Source: an uncultured virus (IMG/VR IMGVR_UViG_3300025706_000025)
Taxonomy: Duplodnaviria; Heunggongvirae; Uroviricota; Caudoviricetes
Reading direction: 5' to 3' (one strand)
DNA: 20,000 bases
Virus record (IMG/VR): IMGVR_UViG_3300025706_000025
Part shown: in pieces, positions 7,318 to 15,933 of the stretch
Position numbering within the stretch: position 1 is the stretch's first letter
Layout of the letters: each line of letters begins with the position of its first letter
Made by a program: the position numbers and the translations under genes
The notes under the pieces: model-generated
The model's input: the letters and a program-made list of their open reading frames with translations, nothing else
What the model was told of the DNA's origin: nothing
The model's database searches: none

Positions 7318-7360
7318 GCACGCTCGTCCCTCGCGTGCGTCGTATTTATTGGTGTGCAGA
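7318..7360 (+). promoter_or_regulatory. Conserved hairpin element, copy 2
   Basis: GCACGC-TCGTCCCTC-GCGTGC hairpin followed by GTCGT-N6-TGGTGTGCAGA, with the same spacing as 5996-6038. Confidence 0.6.
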
Positions 7361-7389
7361 TAATACGTCTGCATATCTAGGAGAATCAC

Positions 7390-7659
7390 ATGCCTGTCCT
7401 TAAATCCATTCTTTCCCCTGTGTTGGGTGTTGCTGTTATCTCTGGCCGTGGCCTCAAGAGCACGCTTGCTAGTACGCCAGCCAAGTTGAAATACCGTGTG
7501 CCACGCGCTGCTCGTTTTGTGACACGTGGTGTTGCTATGGTTGCGGGCGGCGTGGTTGGTATCACCGTTGCACCTTTGATTGAAGTTGTCATTGGCGCTA
7601 CCGTCGGTATGCGTCTCGCTGAAATCACCGTTGATCATTTTCTTCCTGTTGGAGAATAA
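7390..7659 (+). CDS. Hypothetical membrane protein (89 aa)
   Basis: TAGGAGAATCAC-ATG start; hydrophobic Gly/Val/Ala-rich C-terminal half. Confidence 0.75.
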   Translation: MPVLKSILSPVLGVAVISGRGLKSTLASTPAKLKYRVPRAARFVTRGVAMVAGGVVGITVAPLIEVVIGATVGMRLAEITVDHFLPVGE

Positions 7660-7661
7660 CC

Positions 7662-7949
7662 ATGTCCGTCATGCTTAGTTCGGTACTCGTCTTTGGCTTG
7701 CTCACAGCGGCTGTTGAATTCATGCTGCTGTATAAGTTCATGCCGCTTCGTTGGCTTACCAAAAAGCCTGTTCAAGCTGTGCTGCACATCGGTGTAGCTG
7801 CTCTCAATTTGGCCATCCATTGGGGAACGATCGTCGGCACGATGACAGCAATCACAGCTTTGTTCGTCAGCTTCGTTACCGTGCCTGCTGTCATTGCTTC
7901 ATTGACTTTCGTCTATACGTGGAAGCATTCGAATGAAACCACATCTTGA
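7662..7949 (+). CDS. Hypothetical multi-TM membrane protein (95 aa)
   Basis: GGAG RBS; about three hydrophobic segments. Confidence 0.75.
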   Translation: MSVMLSSVLVFGLLTAAVEFMLLYKFMPLRWLTKKPVQAVLHIGVAALNLAIHWGTIVGTMTAITALFVSFVTVPAVIASLTFVYTWKHSNETTS

Positions 7950-8007
7950 AGACGCTGTTATATATCTCGTCATCTTGATTGGCATCATTTACCTGCTTTC
8001 TACTTAG
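7933..8007 (+). CDS. Possible 24-aa single-TM peptide
   Basis: MKPHLEDAVIYLVILIGIIYLLST* fills the gap between two genes, and its stop overlaps the next RBS (TAGGAG). Confidence 0.5.
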   Translation: MKPHLEDAVIYLVILIGIIYLLST

Positions 8008-8015
8008 GAGTTGAA

Positions 8016-8207
8016 ATGGCACGTCCAGTTGATTTCGAACGATCTGTCGACGCTGTTCCCTTTGAATGGCTTGGCAGTACAGAGTACGACCCGTTGCATA
8101 TTCTCTTGCAGCGGGAGCTAGACCGGAGTGATGACCCGGAGCAAGACAACGTCATCTATTTCTTGGGCAATTCGCCCGTAACCAAGCGTCATCAATCTTC
8201 AAACTGA
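8016..8207 (+). CDS. Hypothetical protein (63 aa)
   Basis: AGGAG RBS; operon context. Confidence 0.7.
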   Translation: MARPVDFERSVDAVPFEWLGSTEYDPLHILLQRELDRSDDPEQDNVIYFLGNSPVTKRHQSSN

Positions 8208-8222
8208 ACTAGGAGTAATACC

Positions 8223-9131
8223 ATGAACCTCAAGCACATCGTCAGCCAACTCGGTTTTCTCAATGAAGCCGCCATTCGTCGCGTGATCAATAGCTGCATC
8301 TATCCGTTGCGCCGTTACACACTGATCGAAATCACCAAAGAAGAGCCGAACATCGCCGCCATCAAGACGTGCCGTACGTTGGAAGCAATCATCGCAGAGC
8401 ACGACCCGGCACACGTGCATACGCTGGATTCCACCGCTCTCTTTGTGTTCAATGCACAAGAAGATGAACGGCCGGAAGCAGAGCGCAAGCAACGTGCTCG
8501 TCAAGCGTTGATCCGTGAAGTTGCTGACGGCCGCGCACAACCGCCTCGGTCAAAAGCCGAGCTGGACAAGCGGATTGAAGCTGTCATGCACAAGCAGATG
8601 GAGGATATCACCGTCAATTTCGGCAAGGCAGCAAAGGCCGTCGGCGATCTCGAGTCTTTGGGTTATGCCCATACGCACGAAGAGATCGACAACGAGAATG
8701 GAATGGGTACTCGTCTCGAGTTTGAACTCACTAACGAATACGACCAGCATGAAATCCCTGAATACGTGCAGGATGCCGTGATCAGTAAAATCGTTGATGC
8801 CGCTATCCGTGTGTATTCGGACGGCGTGCGGCAAATGGCCCGTGCACGTGTTGGTTTTCAAGAAGCCGAAGCAGCTGCAATGAAACAATCTGCGGTACTG
8901 CTCGCCGGTGCATTAGGCGTTAGCGAGGAAGAACTCGAGCTGGCAGTAACCAAGCAGACAACGCGCGTTGAAAACCTCTTTGCCAGTCTGGAAGGCGAGG
9001 CAGAAACGACGCTTGACAATCCGCCGGGCGAAGCAACTCCGGCAGAGAAAGCCAAACGGTATCGCGTAGCCAAGTCGATGGAGCAAGGTATCAGCTCTGC
9101 GGATATGGCTGCAGCCGGCGGCGTCAAGTAA
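8223..9131 (+). CDS. Hypothetical protein (302 aa, helical, Glu/Ala-rich)
   Basis: AGGAG RBS, long ORF with natural composition, followed by a terminator. Confidence 0.85.
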   Translation: MNLKHIVSQLGFLNEAAIRRVINSCIYPLRRYTLIEITKEEPNIAAIKTCRTLEAIIAEHDPAHVHTLDSTALFVFNAQEDERPEAERKQRARQALIREVADGRAQPPRSKAELDKRIEAVMHKQMEDITVNFGKAAKAVGDLESLGYAHTHEEIDNENGMGTRLEFELTNEYDQHEIPEYVQDAVISKIVDAAIRVYSDGVRQMARARVGFQEAEAAAMKQSAVLLAGALGVSEEELELAVTKQTTRVENLFASLEGEAETTLDNPPGEATPAEKAKRYRVAKSMEQGISSADMAAAGGVK

Positions 9132-9141
9132 CAAGCAGTTG

Positions 9142-9178
9142 AACCAGTGGCGAGTGATCGTCACTGGTTTATCTTTTC
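9142..9178 (+). terminator. Rho-independent terminator
   Basis: AACCAGTGGCGA-GTGA-TCGTCACTGGTT hairpin followed by TATCTTTT. Confidence 0.7.
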
Positions 9179-9214
9179 AAAGCCGGAATTTCATGGCACT
9201 ACAAAGGAGTAAGC

Positions 9215-9412
9215 ATGGCCACAGTTGATAAAGAAATTGCCGATCGTATTGTCGCCGGGGAATTCCCGGAAGACGACGCTCGCAAGATCGTCGAGTACGA
9301 CAATGCTTTCGGCGGTGTCGGGTACGGTGTGATCTTCGGCGACGACGATCCGGACCGGTACCGTGAAACGATGTTCGTTCGTAATCCCCGGTTGTACTGG
9401 GAGAAAAAGTAA
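9215..9412 (+). CDS. Hypothetical protein (65 aa)
   Basis: AAGGAG RBS; MATVDKEIADRIVAG... Confidence 0.8.
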   Translation: MATVDKEIADRIVAGEFPEDDARKIVEYDNAFGGVGYGVIFGDDDPDRYRETMFVRNPRLYWEKK

Positions 9413-9800
9413 GCTCCAGCGTGGCCTCGTGTGCTTAATCACGAGACTGGTTAGCCCGTTCTTGGGGGCAGATCAATGCCTGCTAATATGCACTTCGAAA
9501 GGAGAACGATGAACCGATTATGAACGGGAGCTGATGGCTCCCCATCTCACATCATCAAAAATAAATTCTCACTCCGCTGCTTCTTCTTGCCTCTAGCCTT
9601 GCTCCAATACGCGAGCACTGATGTGCGCAGAAGGCGGCATAGCGTTTTTACGCAGAGAGTTTCCGACGAGCATAGTCGTCGGTAAGCGTAGCCTCGTGCG
9701 CTTAATCACGAGGCATACGCAAGGACGCAGCAACACTTTGATCGGTGGTTCTGGAAAACATTTGGTTTTTTCCTTAACGCTGCGTCCTTCCGTATTTCAA
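9413..9800 (+). ncRNA. Candidate structured non-coding RNA or leader
   Basis: At least seven hairpins, including a duplicated GCCTCGTGYGCTTAATCACGAG stem-loop (9424-9445 and 9691-9712). No family recognised. Confidence 0.4.
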
Positions 9801-9824
9801 TCTTTTTACCCAAAGGAGCATCAC

Positions 9825-10511
9825 ATGAAACAGAAAGAACTGCTGCGTCCGTTCGACCACGCTCTTGCTGACGCCGGCGAGCCGATTTGCTGGAGTCATC
9901 TCGATACTCCGGTTGAATATGTCGGCATTCTGGTTAACGGTCTTGTCGCTGTGAAGACGCACTTGTTTCCCATCATTGAAATGCCGTCGGCTTCTGCTTT
10001 GCGCATGCTGCCGTTGTTCTGGCTCGAAGACAAACCAGTTTACAAAGGCGACAGACTTTGGCACACCTTGGTAAACGGTTACATCGTTGTTACTGGTTTG
10101 CAAAACACGTTGGACGCTGCTGAAAAAGGCTGGTTCACTACTTCCAATGCATTCTATGCAGCTTCGCTTTGCAAGTGGGAAAAGCCCGAACCGACTCCGC
10201 TTTTCATGCTCGATGACAAGCCCGTGTTCCCCGGCACTCGCGTGTGGCACGTTCTTGAAAACGGTTTCATCACGCTCAAAGAAAGAGCCAGCAATGGTGA
10301 TTTCCTCGATACCAACAACGTTGGCCGGTCGCCAGCTTTCATGCGTTGGGAAGGCAAGCAGAAACACGTGAAGTTCGCGAACGTGTATTCCGATGGCAGT
10401 GGTGTCTGTTTCGGCTACGGATATGATATGGAGCAAATCGCCCATGAAAATCGATCGCGCAACACACTCGCTATTGCTCGTGTCGAATGGGAAACTCCCA
10501 TCAAGGCGTAA
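9825..10511 (+). CDS. Hypothetical protein with two tandem homologous domains (228 aa)
   Basis: AAGGAG RBS before ATG 9825. PLFWLEDKPVYKGDRLWHTLVNGYI is repeated as PLFMLDDKPVFPGTRVWHVLENGFI. Confidence 0.85.
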   Translation: MKQKELLRPFDHALADAGEPICWSHLDTPVEYVGILVNGLVAVKTHLFPIIEMPSASALRMLPLFWLEDKPVYKGDRLWHTLVNGYIVVTGLQNTLDAAEKGWFTTSNAFYAASLCKWEKPEPTPLFMLDDKPVFPGTRVWHVLENGFITLKERASNGDFLDTNNVGRSPAFMRWEGKQKHVKFANVYSDGSGVCFGYGYDMEQIAHENRSRNTLAIARVEWETPIKA

Positions 10512-10513
10512 TC

Positions 10514-10684
10514 ATGGGCGAAGCCAAGCGACGCGGCTCTTTTGAAGAGCGACGGGCGCAGGCTGAGCAACAAGCCGTAGCTCCGCCCCTTCGCCCCAGA
10601 CAACCGGGCAAGTCACGCCTATCTGCGTTGCTGCTCGCAGCGTTGGCAGCAGGCGCTGGCATGTCTTCTACTTCCAAGAAATAA
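10514..10684 (+). CDS. Small protein with MGEAKRR N-terminus and hydrophobic tail (56 aa)
   Basis: MGEAKRRGSFEERRAQA is an N-terminus typical of small phage proteins; C-terminal LSALLLAALAAGAG. Confidence 0.7.
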   Translation: MGEAKRRGSFEERRAQAEQQAVAPPLRPRQPGKSRLSALLLAALAAGAGMSSTSKK

Positions 10685-10695
10685 GGAGCAATACC

Positions 10696-12696
10696 ATGGA
10701 CTTCACGAAGTTCAAGCAAGCCGTCGCGACCCAGTTCGGGAAGATGACGAAGGGTAATCCGGAGCTTTTCCGAACGGCGATTTCCAAAGAAGACGTGTGG
10801 AACACGTACCTCAATAGTTTCCCGGAGGGTACCAACAACGTCTACCGCGAGCGTCGCGAATACGACTGCAACTGCTGCAAGCAATTCATTCGTGCCGTCG
10901 GCAACGTGGTTGCCATCAATGACGGCAAGCTGGTCAGTATCTGGGATGTGATCACCGGCGAGCCTGCTTACGACATTGTCGCGGCCGCCATGTCCAAAGC
11001 CGTTAAGGCGCATGCGATTCAAAACGTGTTTCGTCACTACGAGAACCGAGCCGGTACGGACAAGAACTTTGAAGCGCTTACTGACGGTGTAGGTGCCAAG
11101 GCGTGGAGTCATTTCTATATCGACATCCCGGCCGCGTATGTCGCCAAGAAAGCGGCTCTTGCTACGCTTCTCGGCGAACATCGCTCAACCTTCGACGTCA
11201 TGCGTCGTGGGCTGATCGAAATCACCGATGAAGCTATCAGCACTGTGCAAGAGCTGATCGCACAGAATTCGCTGTACCGCGGCGCCGAGCACAAGCTGGC
11301 TGTCGATGCTTTTGCGAAGCTCAAGGCCGCGTACAAGAAGATGCCCACGGACGAGTTCGTCTGGGCTTCGCTCAAGAACTCTGCTCGCATTCGTAATACG
11401 GCCATCGGCACGTTGCTGGTCGATTTGTCCGACGGCAAAGAACTGGACGCAGCCGTTGCCTCTTTTGAAGCCAAGGTAGCCCCGACCAACTACAAGCGCC
11501 CGACGGCGCTTGTGACAAAGGCCATGATCGACAACGCCAAGAAGACGATCGAAGGACTCGGTCTGACTTCGGCACTCGAACGTCGCTTTGCGCGTATCGA
11601 CGACATCACGATCAACAACGTGTTGTTTGCCGATCGTTCGACGACGGCCGCAATGGAGGGCAGCGTCTTCGACTCTTTGCCAACCAAGACCGGGAAGGCA
11701 CCCAACCTCGACAAGATCGAGGAAGTCACTATCGATCAGTTCCTCAACCATATTTTGCCCAAAGCAAAATCCATCGAAGTGATGATGGATAATTCGCACA
11801 TCGGCAATTTGGTCAGCCTTGTCGCCCCAGTCAATCCGACGGCTCGTCTCATGTTCAAGTGGGCAAACAAGTTCAGCTGGTCGTACAACGGCGAATTCGC
11901 CGACTCGATCAAGGAACGTGTCAAGGCCGCCGGTGGTAACGTCACCGGCGAGCTGTGCTGCCGCTTGGCATGGGACTACAAGGACGATCTGGATTTCCAC
12001 ATGCGAGAACCCGACGGCGGCCATATTTACTACGGCACGCGACGCGGTCGCTCACGCTGTGGCGGTACGCTTGATGTCGATGCCAACGGCGCCGATGGTC
12101 AGCGTGAAAATCCGGTCGAGAACATCTTCTACGAACGTGTCGCGTCGATGCCCTCCGGAACGTACCAGCTGAAGGTGAATAATTACAATCGGCGTTCAAC
12201 AGGGATCGGCTTTGAGGTCGAGATCGACCTGTTGGGTACCATCCATCGTTTTGCCTACGACAAGGTGCTTCGTGACGGCGATACCGTCGATGTGGCCGAC
12301 ATCCGCGTTTCCAAAGAGGGCGTCGTGATCAATTCCAAGCTGCCTTCGACTACCTCGCAGAAGGAAGTCTGGGGCATCAAGACTAACAACTTCCAGAAGG
12401 TCAACGCCGTGATGCTGTCGCCCAATTTCTGGGACGATCGGCAAGTCGGCAACAAGCATTTCTTCTTCATGCTCGACGGTTGTCTGAACGATGGCAAGGC
12501 CCGCGGCTTCTTCAACGAGTTTCTCGTCGAAGACCTGACACCACACCGTAAGGTGATCGAAATGGTCGGCAGCAAGATGAAGACCGATGAGTCAGAGCAT
12601 CAGCTCAGCGGTCTCGGTTTCTCTAGCACCCAGCGGAACAGCTTGCTGTGCCGTGTCAAGGGTAGCTTTTCCCGCGTAGTAAAAATCCTTTTCTGA
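10696..12696 (+). CDS. Conserved phage protein (666 aa) with a YfaP/DUF2135-like domain
   Basis: AAGGAG RBS and N-terminal YDCNCCKQFIR. LAWDYKDDLDFHMREPDGGHIYY...GGTLDVDAN...PVENIF...GTYQLKVNNY matches the YfaP/DUF2135-like pattern. Confidence 0.85.
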   Translation: MDFTKFKQAVATQFGKMTKGNPELFRTAISKEDVWNTYLNSFPEGTNNVYRERREYDCNCCKQFIRAVGNVVAINDGKLVSIWDVITGEPAYDIVAAAMSKAVKAHAIQNVFRHYENRAGTDKNFEALTDGVGAKAWSHFYIDIPAAYVAKKAALATLLGEHRSTFDVMRRGLIEITDEAISTVQELIAQNSLYRGAEHKLAVDAFAKLKAAYKKMPTDEFVWASLKNSARIRNTAIGTLLVDLSDGKELDAAVASFEAKVAPTNYKRPTALVTKAMIDNAKKTIEGLGLTSALERRFARIDDITINNVLFADRSTTAAMEGSVFDSLPTKTGKAPNLDKIEEVTIDQFLNHILPKAKSIEVMMDNSHIGNLVSLVAPVNPTARLMFKWANKFSWSYNGEFADSIKERVKAAGGNVTGELCCRLAWDYKDDLDFHMREPDGGHIYYGTRRGRSRCGGTLDVDANGADGQRENPVENIFYERVASMPSGTYQLKVNNYNRRSTGIGFEVEIDLLGTIHRFAYDKVLRDGDTVDVADIRVSKEGVVINSKLPSTTSQKEVWGIKTNNFQKVNAVMLSPNFWDDRQVGNKHFFFMLDGCLNDGKARGFFNEFLVEDLTPHRKVIEMVGSKMKTDESEHQLSGLGFSSTQRNSLLCRVKGSFSRVVKILF

Positions 12697-12707
12697 GGAG
12701 CAACATC

Positions 12708-13097
12708 ATGTTTGAAAAGGCATCACGCTTGCGTTTGCGCTTCGAAACGCCGAAGGGCTTATTGTCTGTCGAGGACATCTGGCATCTTCCGCTGACCAGT
12801 ACCACTGGCAAAGCCAATCTCGACGATATCGCCAAGGACTTGAACGGGTTGATTCAACACCAGAATATCGGCTCGTTCGTGCAGGGAACGGCAGCGGTCG
12901 ACACCCTTGTGCAACTGAGATTTGCCATCGTGTTGCATGTGATCAAGGCACGTCTGGCGGAAAACGAAGCTATACGCATGTCTGCAGCCAAAGCCGAACA
13001 GAAGCAGAAGCTTCTCGGCCTGATCGCCCAGAAGCAGGACGAAGCTCTCGGTAATAAGTCGCTGGAAGAACTGACCGCGATGGTCAATTCGTTGTAA
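12708..13097 (+). CDS. Conserved phage hypothetical protein (129 aa)
   Basis: GAGGAG RBS; MFEKASRLRLRFETPKGLLSVEDIWHLPL start and coiled-coil C-terminus ending SLEELTAMVNSL. Confidence 0.85.
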   Translation: MFEKASRLRLRFETPKGLLSVEDIWHLPLTSTTGKANLDDIAKDLNGLIQHQNIGSFVQGTAAVDTLVQLRFAIVLHVIKARLAENEAIRMSAAKAEQKQKLLGLIAQKQDEALGNKSLEELTAMVNSL

Positions 13098-13103
13098 ACA
13101 AAG

Positions 13104-13146
13104 GGCCGGAGGGAGAGTAAGCACTCCCTTCGACCGTTTCCTGTTT
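13104..13146 (+). terminator. Putative terminator hairpin
   Basis: GGCCGGAGGGAGAGTAAGCACTCCCTTCGACC imperfect stem followed by GTTTCCTGTTT. Confidence 0.5.
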
Positions 13147-13213
13147 GCGTAGTCTGGCGTATTCTGTCAGACTCAATCGCCTCGACCCCCTGTAATATCC
13201 TTCGAGGAATCCT

Positions 13214-15583
13214 ATGTCATTCAAGCTTACTTTTCTCAGCGCATCATTGCCGCTGACGAAAACCATTGAGAAACTCGCCAACGGCGAAATCTTCAAATCA
13301 CCATATCCATTGGTGTCCAATTTCACCACCGAGACAGTTGAAGTCGACAACATCGCGCAATTTCACAAGGAACTTCTGGCCCGCGCAGCCAGCGCCAAAA
13401 AGCCCTGTTTGCTCAAGGGCACCATTGCCAAAGAACTGAAGAACGAGTCTCGCAAAGGCACCACGAGCACCAACGATAACACTGCGTGGGTGTGCCTTGA
13501 TATCGACAATGCCAAGTTCTCTTCTCCGGAAGAAGTCATGCGCGCGGTCGGTCTCGAACAGCTCTCGTACATCGTGCAGTATTCCAGCTCATACAAGCTG
13601 GGCGGCAACAAGAACCTGTCATGCCATATCTTCTTCCTGCTGACCAAGGCAGTGGCCGCCCCGCAATTGAAGGCGTGGTTGATGCACTTGAACCAGAGCG
13701 TGGCCAGCCTCGAAAGCAACATTGAGTTGAGCAAGTCCAATGCGGCGTTGCACTGGCCACTGGATATTACGGCGTGCCAGAACGACAAGCTCTTGTACGT
13801 GGCGATGCCAGTGTTCAAAGGCATGGTCGCCCCGATCAAGGAATCCGACCGTATTCAGCTAGTGACCAAGAAGTCACACAAGTTCGACGTAACGAAGATG
13901 GAATTCAAACCCATCGAGTCGCTCAAGAAGATTGCTCGTGACAAGCTCAATGATCTCCGTGTGCGCGCCGGCATCAGCACACTTAAAATCAAAACCAAGA
14001 TGGTCGGCGAATACGAGGTACAGCCGGGGGTCGGCGAGATCGCCTCGTATGAAGTGATTGATTGCGGCGAGTTCAATCGCCTAAACCTCAATAACGGCGA
14101 TTCACAGGCGTACTGGCATGTGAAGTCTGATCCGACGTACTTGCATAATTTCAAAGGCGAGCCGTCGCTTCTCCTCAAAGAGGTGCTGCCGCATTATTAT
14201 GCAGACCTCGTTCGAAACAAGGCAACCAATGACTCCACTCCAAGCATTACGGGCGATGTGCTGTTGGCCTTTCGCGAAAAGAAAACGGCCACGTACTACA
14301 AAGGGACGTGGAACCCCGGCTCTTCTGTTCTCGATATTGACGTGGTCAAATCAGAGCTTCAGCTTGACCACTTCTTGCAAGGACATGGAAAAAGCCTCGG
14401 CGCTTTTATTCCCGAATGGCAAATGGTTTTCGATCCACAAAATCCTATCATTTACGACGAGGCAAGCAAAGTCATCAACACCTTCATCCCGACCGAATTC
14501 ATGCGTAAGGGTAAGAAAAACAAGAAAGGTGAATTTCCAATCCTTCAGCGAGTGCTTGACTCAGCGGTTGGCACCGGCGATATCCAAGAGCATTTCCTCA
14601 ATTGGCTCGCCGTGGTCTGGCAACAACGTCGTAAGCCGCTCACTGCATGGGTGTTCCACGGGACTGAAGGCACTGGCAAGGGCATTCTGTTTCACAACGT
14701 ACTTCGCCCTTTATTCGGTAAAGCTCACGCAGTTCAGAAGCGTGCCACTGAGCTGGGTAGCCAGTTCAATGGTTGGCTCGAACCAGCGCTCATCGTCTTC
14801 ATTGACGAAATCGACGCAGACATGTTCGTCAATGCAAAAGCGGTGGAGGCGGACCTTCGTACGCTCATCACCGAGCCGACAGTATCTATACGGAGAATGA
14901 GGACAGACAGCTATGAGGTTCAGAATTACTCCGCGTTTATCTTTTCGTCAAACAAGAAACGACCCGTGGCACTTCCTCCCGGAGATCGCCGTTTCAATGT
15001 CGGTGTCTTTCAGTACGAAAAGCTTGTCATTTCACAAAGCGAAGTCGACGCTATCGAGGACGAGATCGAAGCCTTTGCAGCTTATTTGAGCACTCGTGTC
15101 GCAGACTTTCAGCAAGCCAAGACGGTACTGCAAACCGAGGATCGGTTGGCGGTGCAACGCATGTCGGTGACGTCCATCGACATGCTGACCAACGACATTC
15201 TGCAAGGCAACTTGATTGGTTTGTGGGAATCGATGCCCGATGAATCCCTGATGAACGAGCACGGCTTGATCGGCGTGACTGCCACGGCGTACGCGCACTT
15301 GATTCGCAAATACAGCCGAGAGACGAAGAGCAAGATTACCAAGGACGAACTTGGCGTCATTTTCAAGCATTGCGTCGGTACGAAGCCCGAGGATATGGGT
15401 GCCCACAAGTTCTCCGCTTTCTTGAGGCATCGCGGCATCGACATCAAGAAGCTGCGCTTCGGTAATCAGTTCATGCCCGGTATCGAAGTCACGTGGGTCG
15501 TCAGCAAAGACGACAAGGAAGCCATTCTCAACGAGATGAAGCCGAAGGAAGAAACGCCAAAGGCCATACGGAGAGTCAAATGA
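13214..15583 (+). CDS. Primase-helicase (AEP-like N-terminus + SF3/D5-like helicase, DUF5906-type), 789 aa
   Basis: AEP-like motifs WVCLDID, SSS...SCHIFF and DITAC. Helicase Walker A GTEGTGKG, Walker B IVFIDEI, motif C FSSN and arginine finger GDRRF. Confidence 0.88.
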   Translation: MSFKLTFLSASLPLTKTIEKLANGEIFKSPYPLVSNFTTETVEVDNIAQFHKELLARAASAKKPCLLKGTIAKELKNESRKGTTSTNDNTAWVCLDIDNAKFSSPEEVMRAVGLEQLSYIVQYSSSYKLGGNKNLSCHIFFLLTKAVAAPQLKAWLMHLNQSVASLESNIELSKSNAALHWPLDITACQNDKLLYVAMPVFKGMVAPIKESDRIQLVTKKSHKFDVTKMEFKPIESLKKIARDKLNDLRVRAGISTLKIKTKMVGEYEVQPGVGEIASYEVIDCGEFNRLNLNNGDSQAYWHVKSDPTYLHNFKGEPSLLLKEVLPHYYADLVRNKATNDSTPSITGDVLLAFREKKTATYYKGTWNPGSSVLDIDVVKSELQLDHFLQGHGKSLGAFIPEWQMVFDPQNPIIYDEASKVINTFIPTEFMRKGKKNKKGEFPILQRVLDSAVGTGDIQEHFLNWLAVVWQQRRKPLTAWVFHGTEGTGKGILFHNVLRPLFGKAHAVQKRATELGSQFNGWLEPALIVFIDEIDADMFVNAKAVEADLRTLITEPTVSIRRMRTDSYEVQNYSAFIFSSNKKRPVALPPGDRRFNVGVFQYEKLVISQSEVDAIEDEIEAFAAYLSTRVADFQQAKTVLQTEDRLAVQRMSVTSIDMLTNDILQGNLIGLWESMPDESLMNEHGLIGVTATAYAHLIRKYSRETKSKITKDELGVIFKHCVGTKPEDMGAHKFSAFLRHRGIDIKKLRFGNQFMPGIEVTWVVSKDDKEAILNEMKPKEETPKAIRRVK

Positions 15584-15933
15584 CCACACGCGAACAGAGC
15601 ATCGCTGCGGCGAAAGAGTGCTTTGATTGTCTTGCAGATGGTAGAGGTCGTACAGATTATTCAGCAGATGAACATGGCATTGAAAAGTTTTACGCCATCG
15701 CCTTCGAGGCTGGTCGCAAGAGCGTTGATACTCCTGTCGCACTCGCTGAGGCGTACCGATGCGGCGAAGAGGCTGGTCGTGTCGCAGAACGGGAGGAATG
15801 CGCGAAGGTGTGCGAAAACAATTATTGGTCAGAAGAAATCGACTGGTGGTTACGCGCAACAAAGAAAGACGTTTCCGCAAAAGCAGCACGTAAATGTGCC
15901 GAAGCTATCCGCGCAAGAGGAGCTACGAAATGA
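15580..15933 (+). CDS. Small hypothetical protein (117 aa), paralog of 18178-18420
   Basis: ATGA overlap with the primase stop; MTTREQSIAAAK...AEREECAKVCE...AEAIRARG. Confidence 0.8.
   Translation: MTTREQSIAAAKECFDCLADGRGRTDYSADEHGIEKFYAIAFEAGRKSVDTPVALAEAYRCGEEAGRVAEREECAKVCENNYWSEEIDWWLRATKKDVSAKAARKCAEAIRARGATK

Noticed and set aside
9490..9640. Hammerhead ribozyme or c-di-GMP riboswitch
   Set aside because: The CTGATG and GAAA fragments lack the complete core (no CUGANGA) and the required stem arrangement.
9621..9824. 68-aa N-terminal extension of ORF 9621-10511
   Set aside because: A strong RBS sits before ATG 9825, and the upstream sequence is hairpin-rich and not protein-like.
11185..15889. 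Long - strand ORFs (11185-12024, 15032-15889) and + strand 14199-14900
   Set aside because: Shadow or off-frame ORFs of well-supported genes, with no motifs or RBS.
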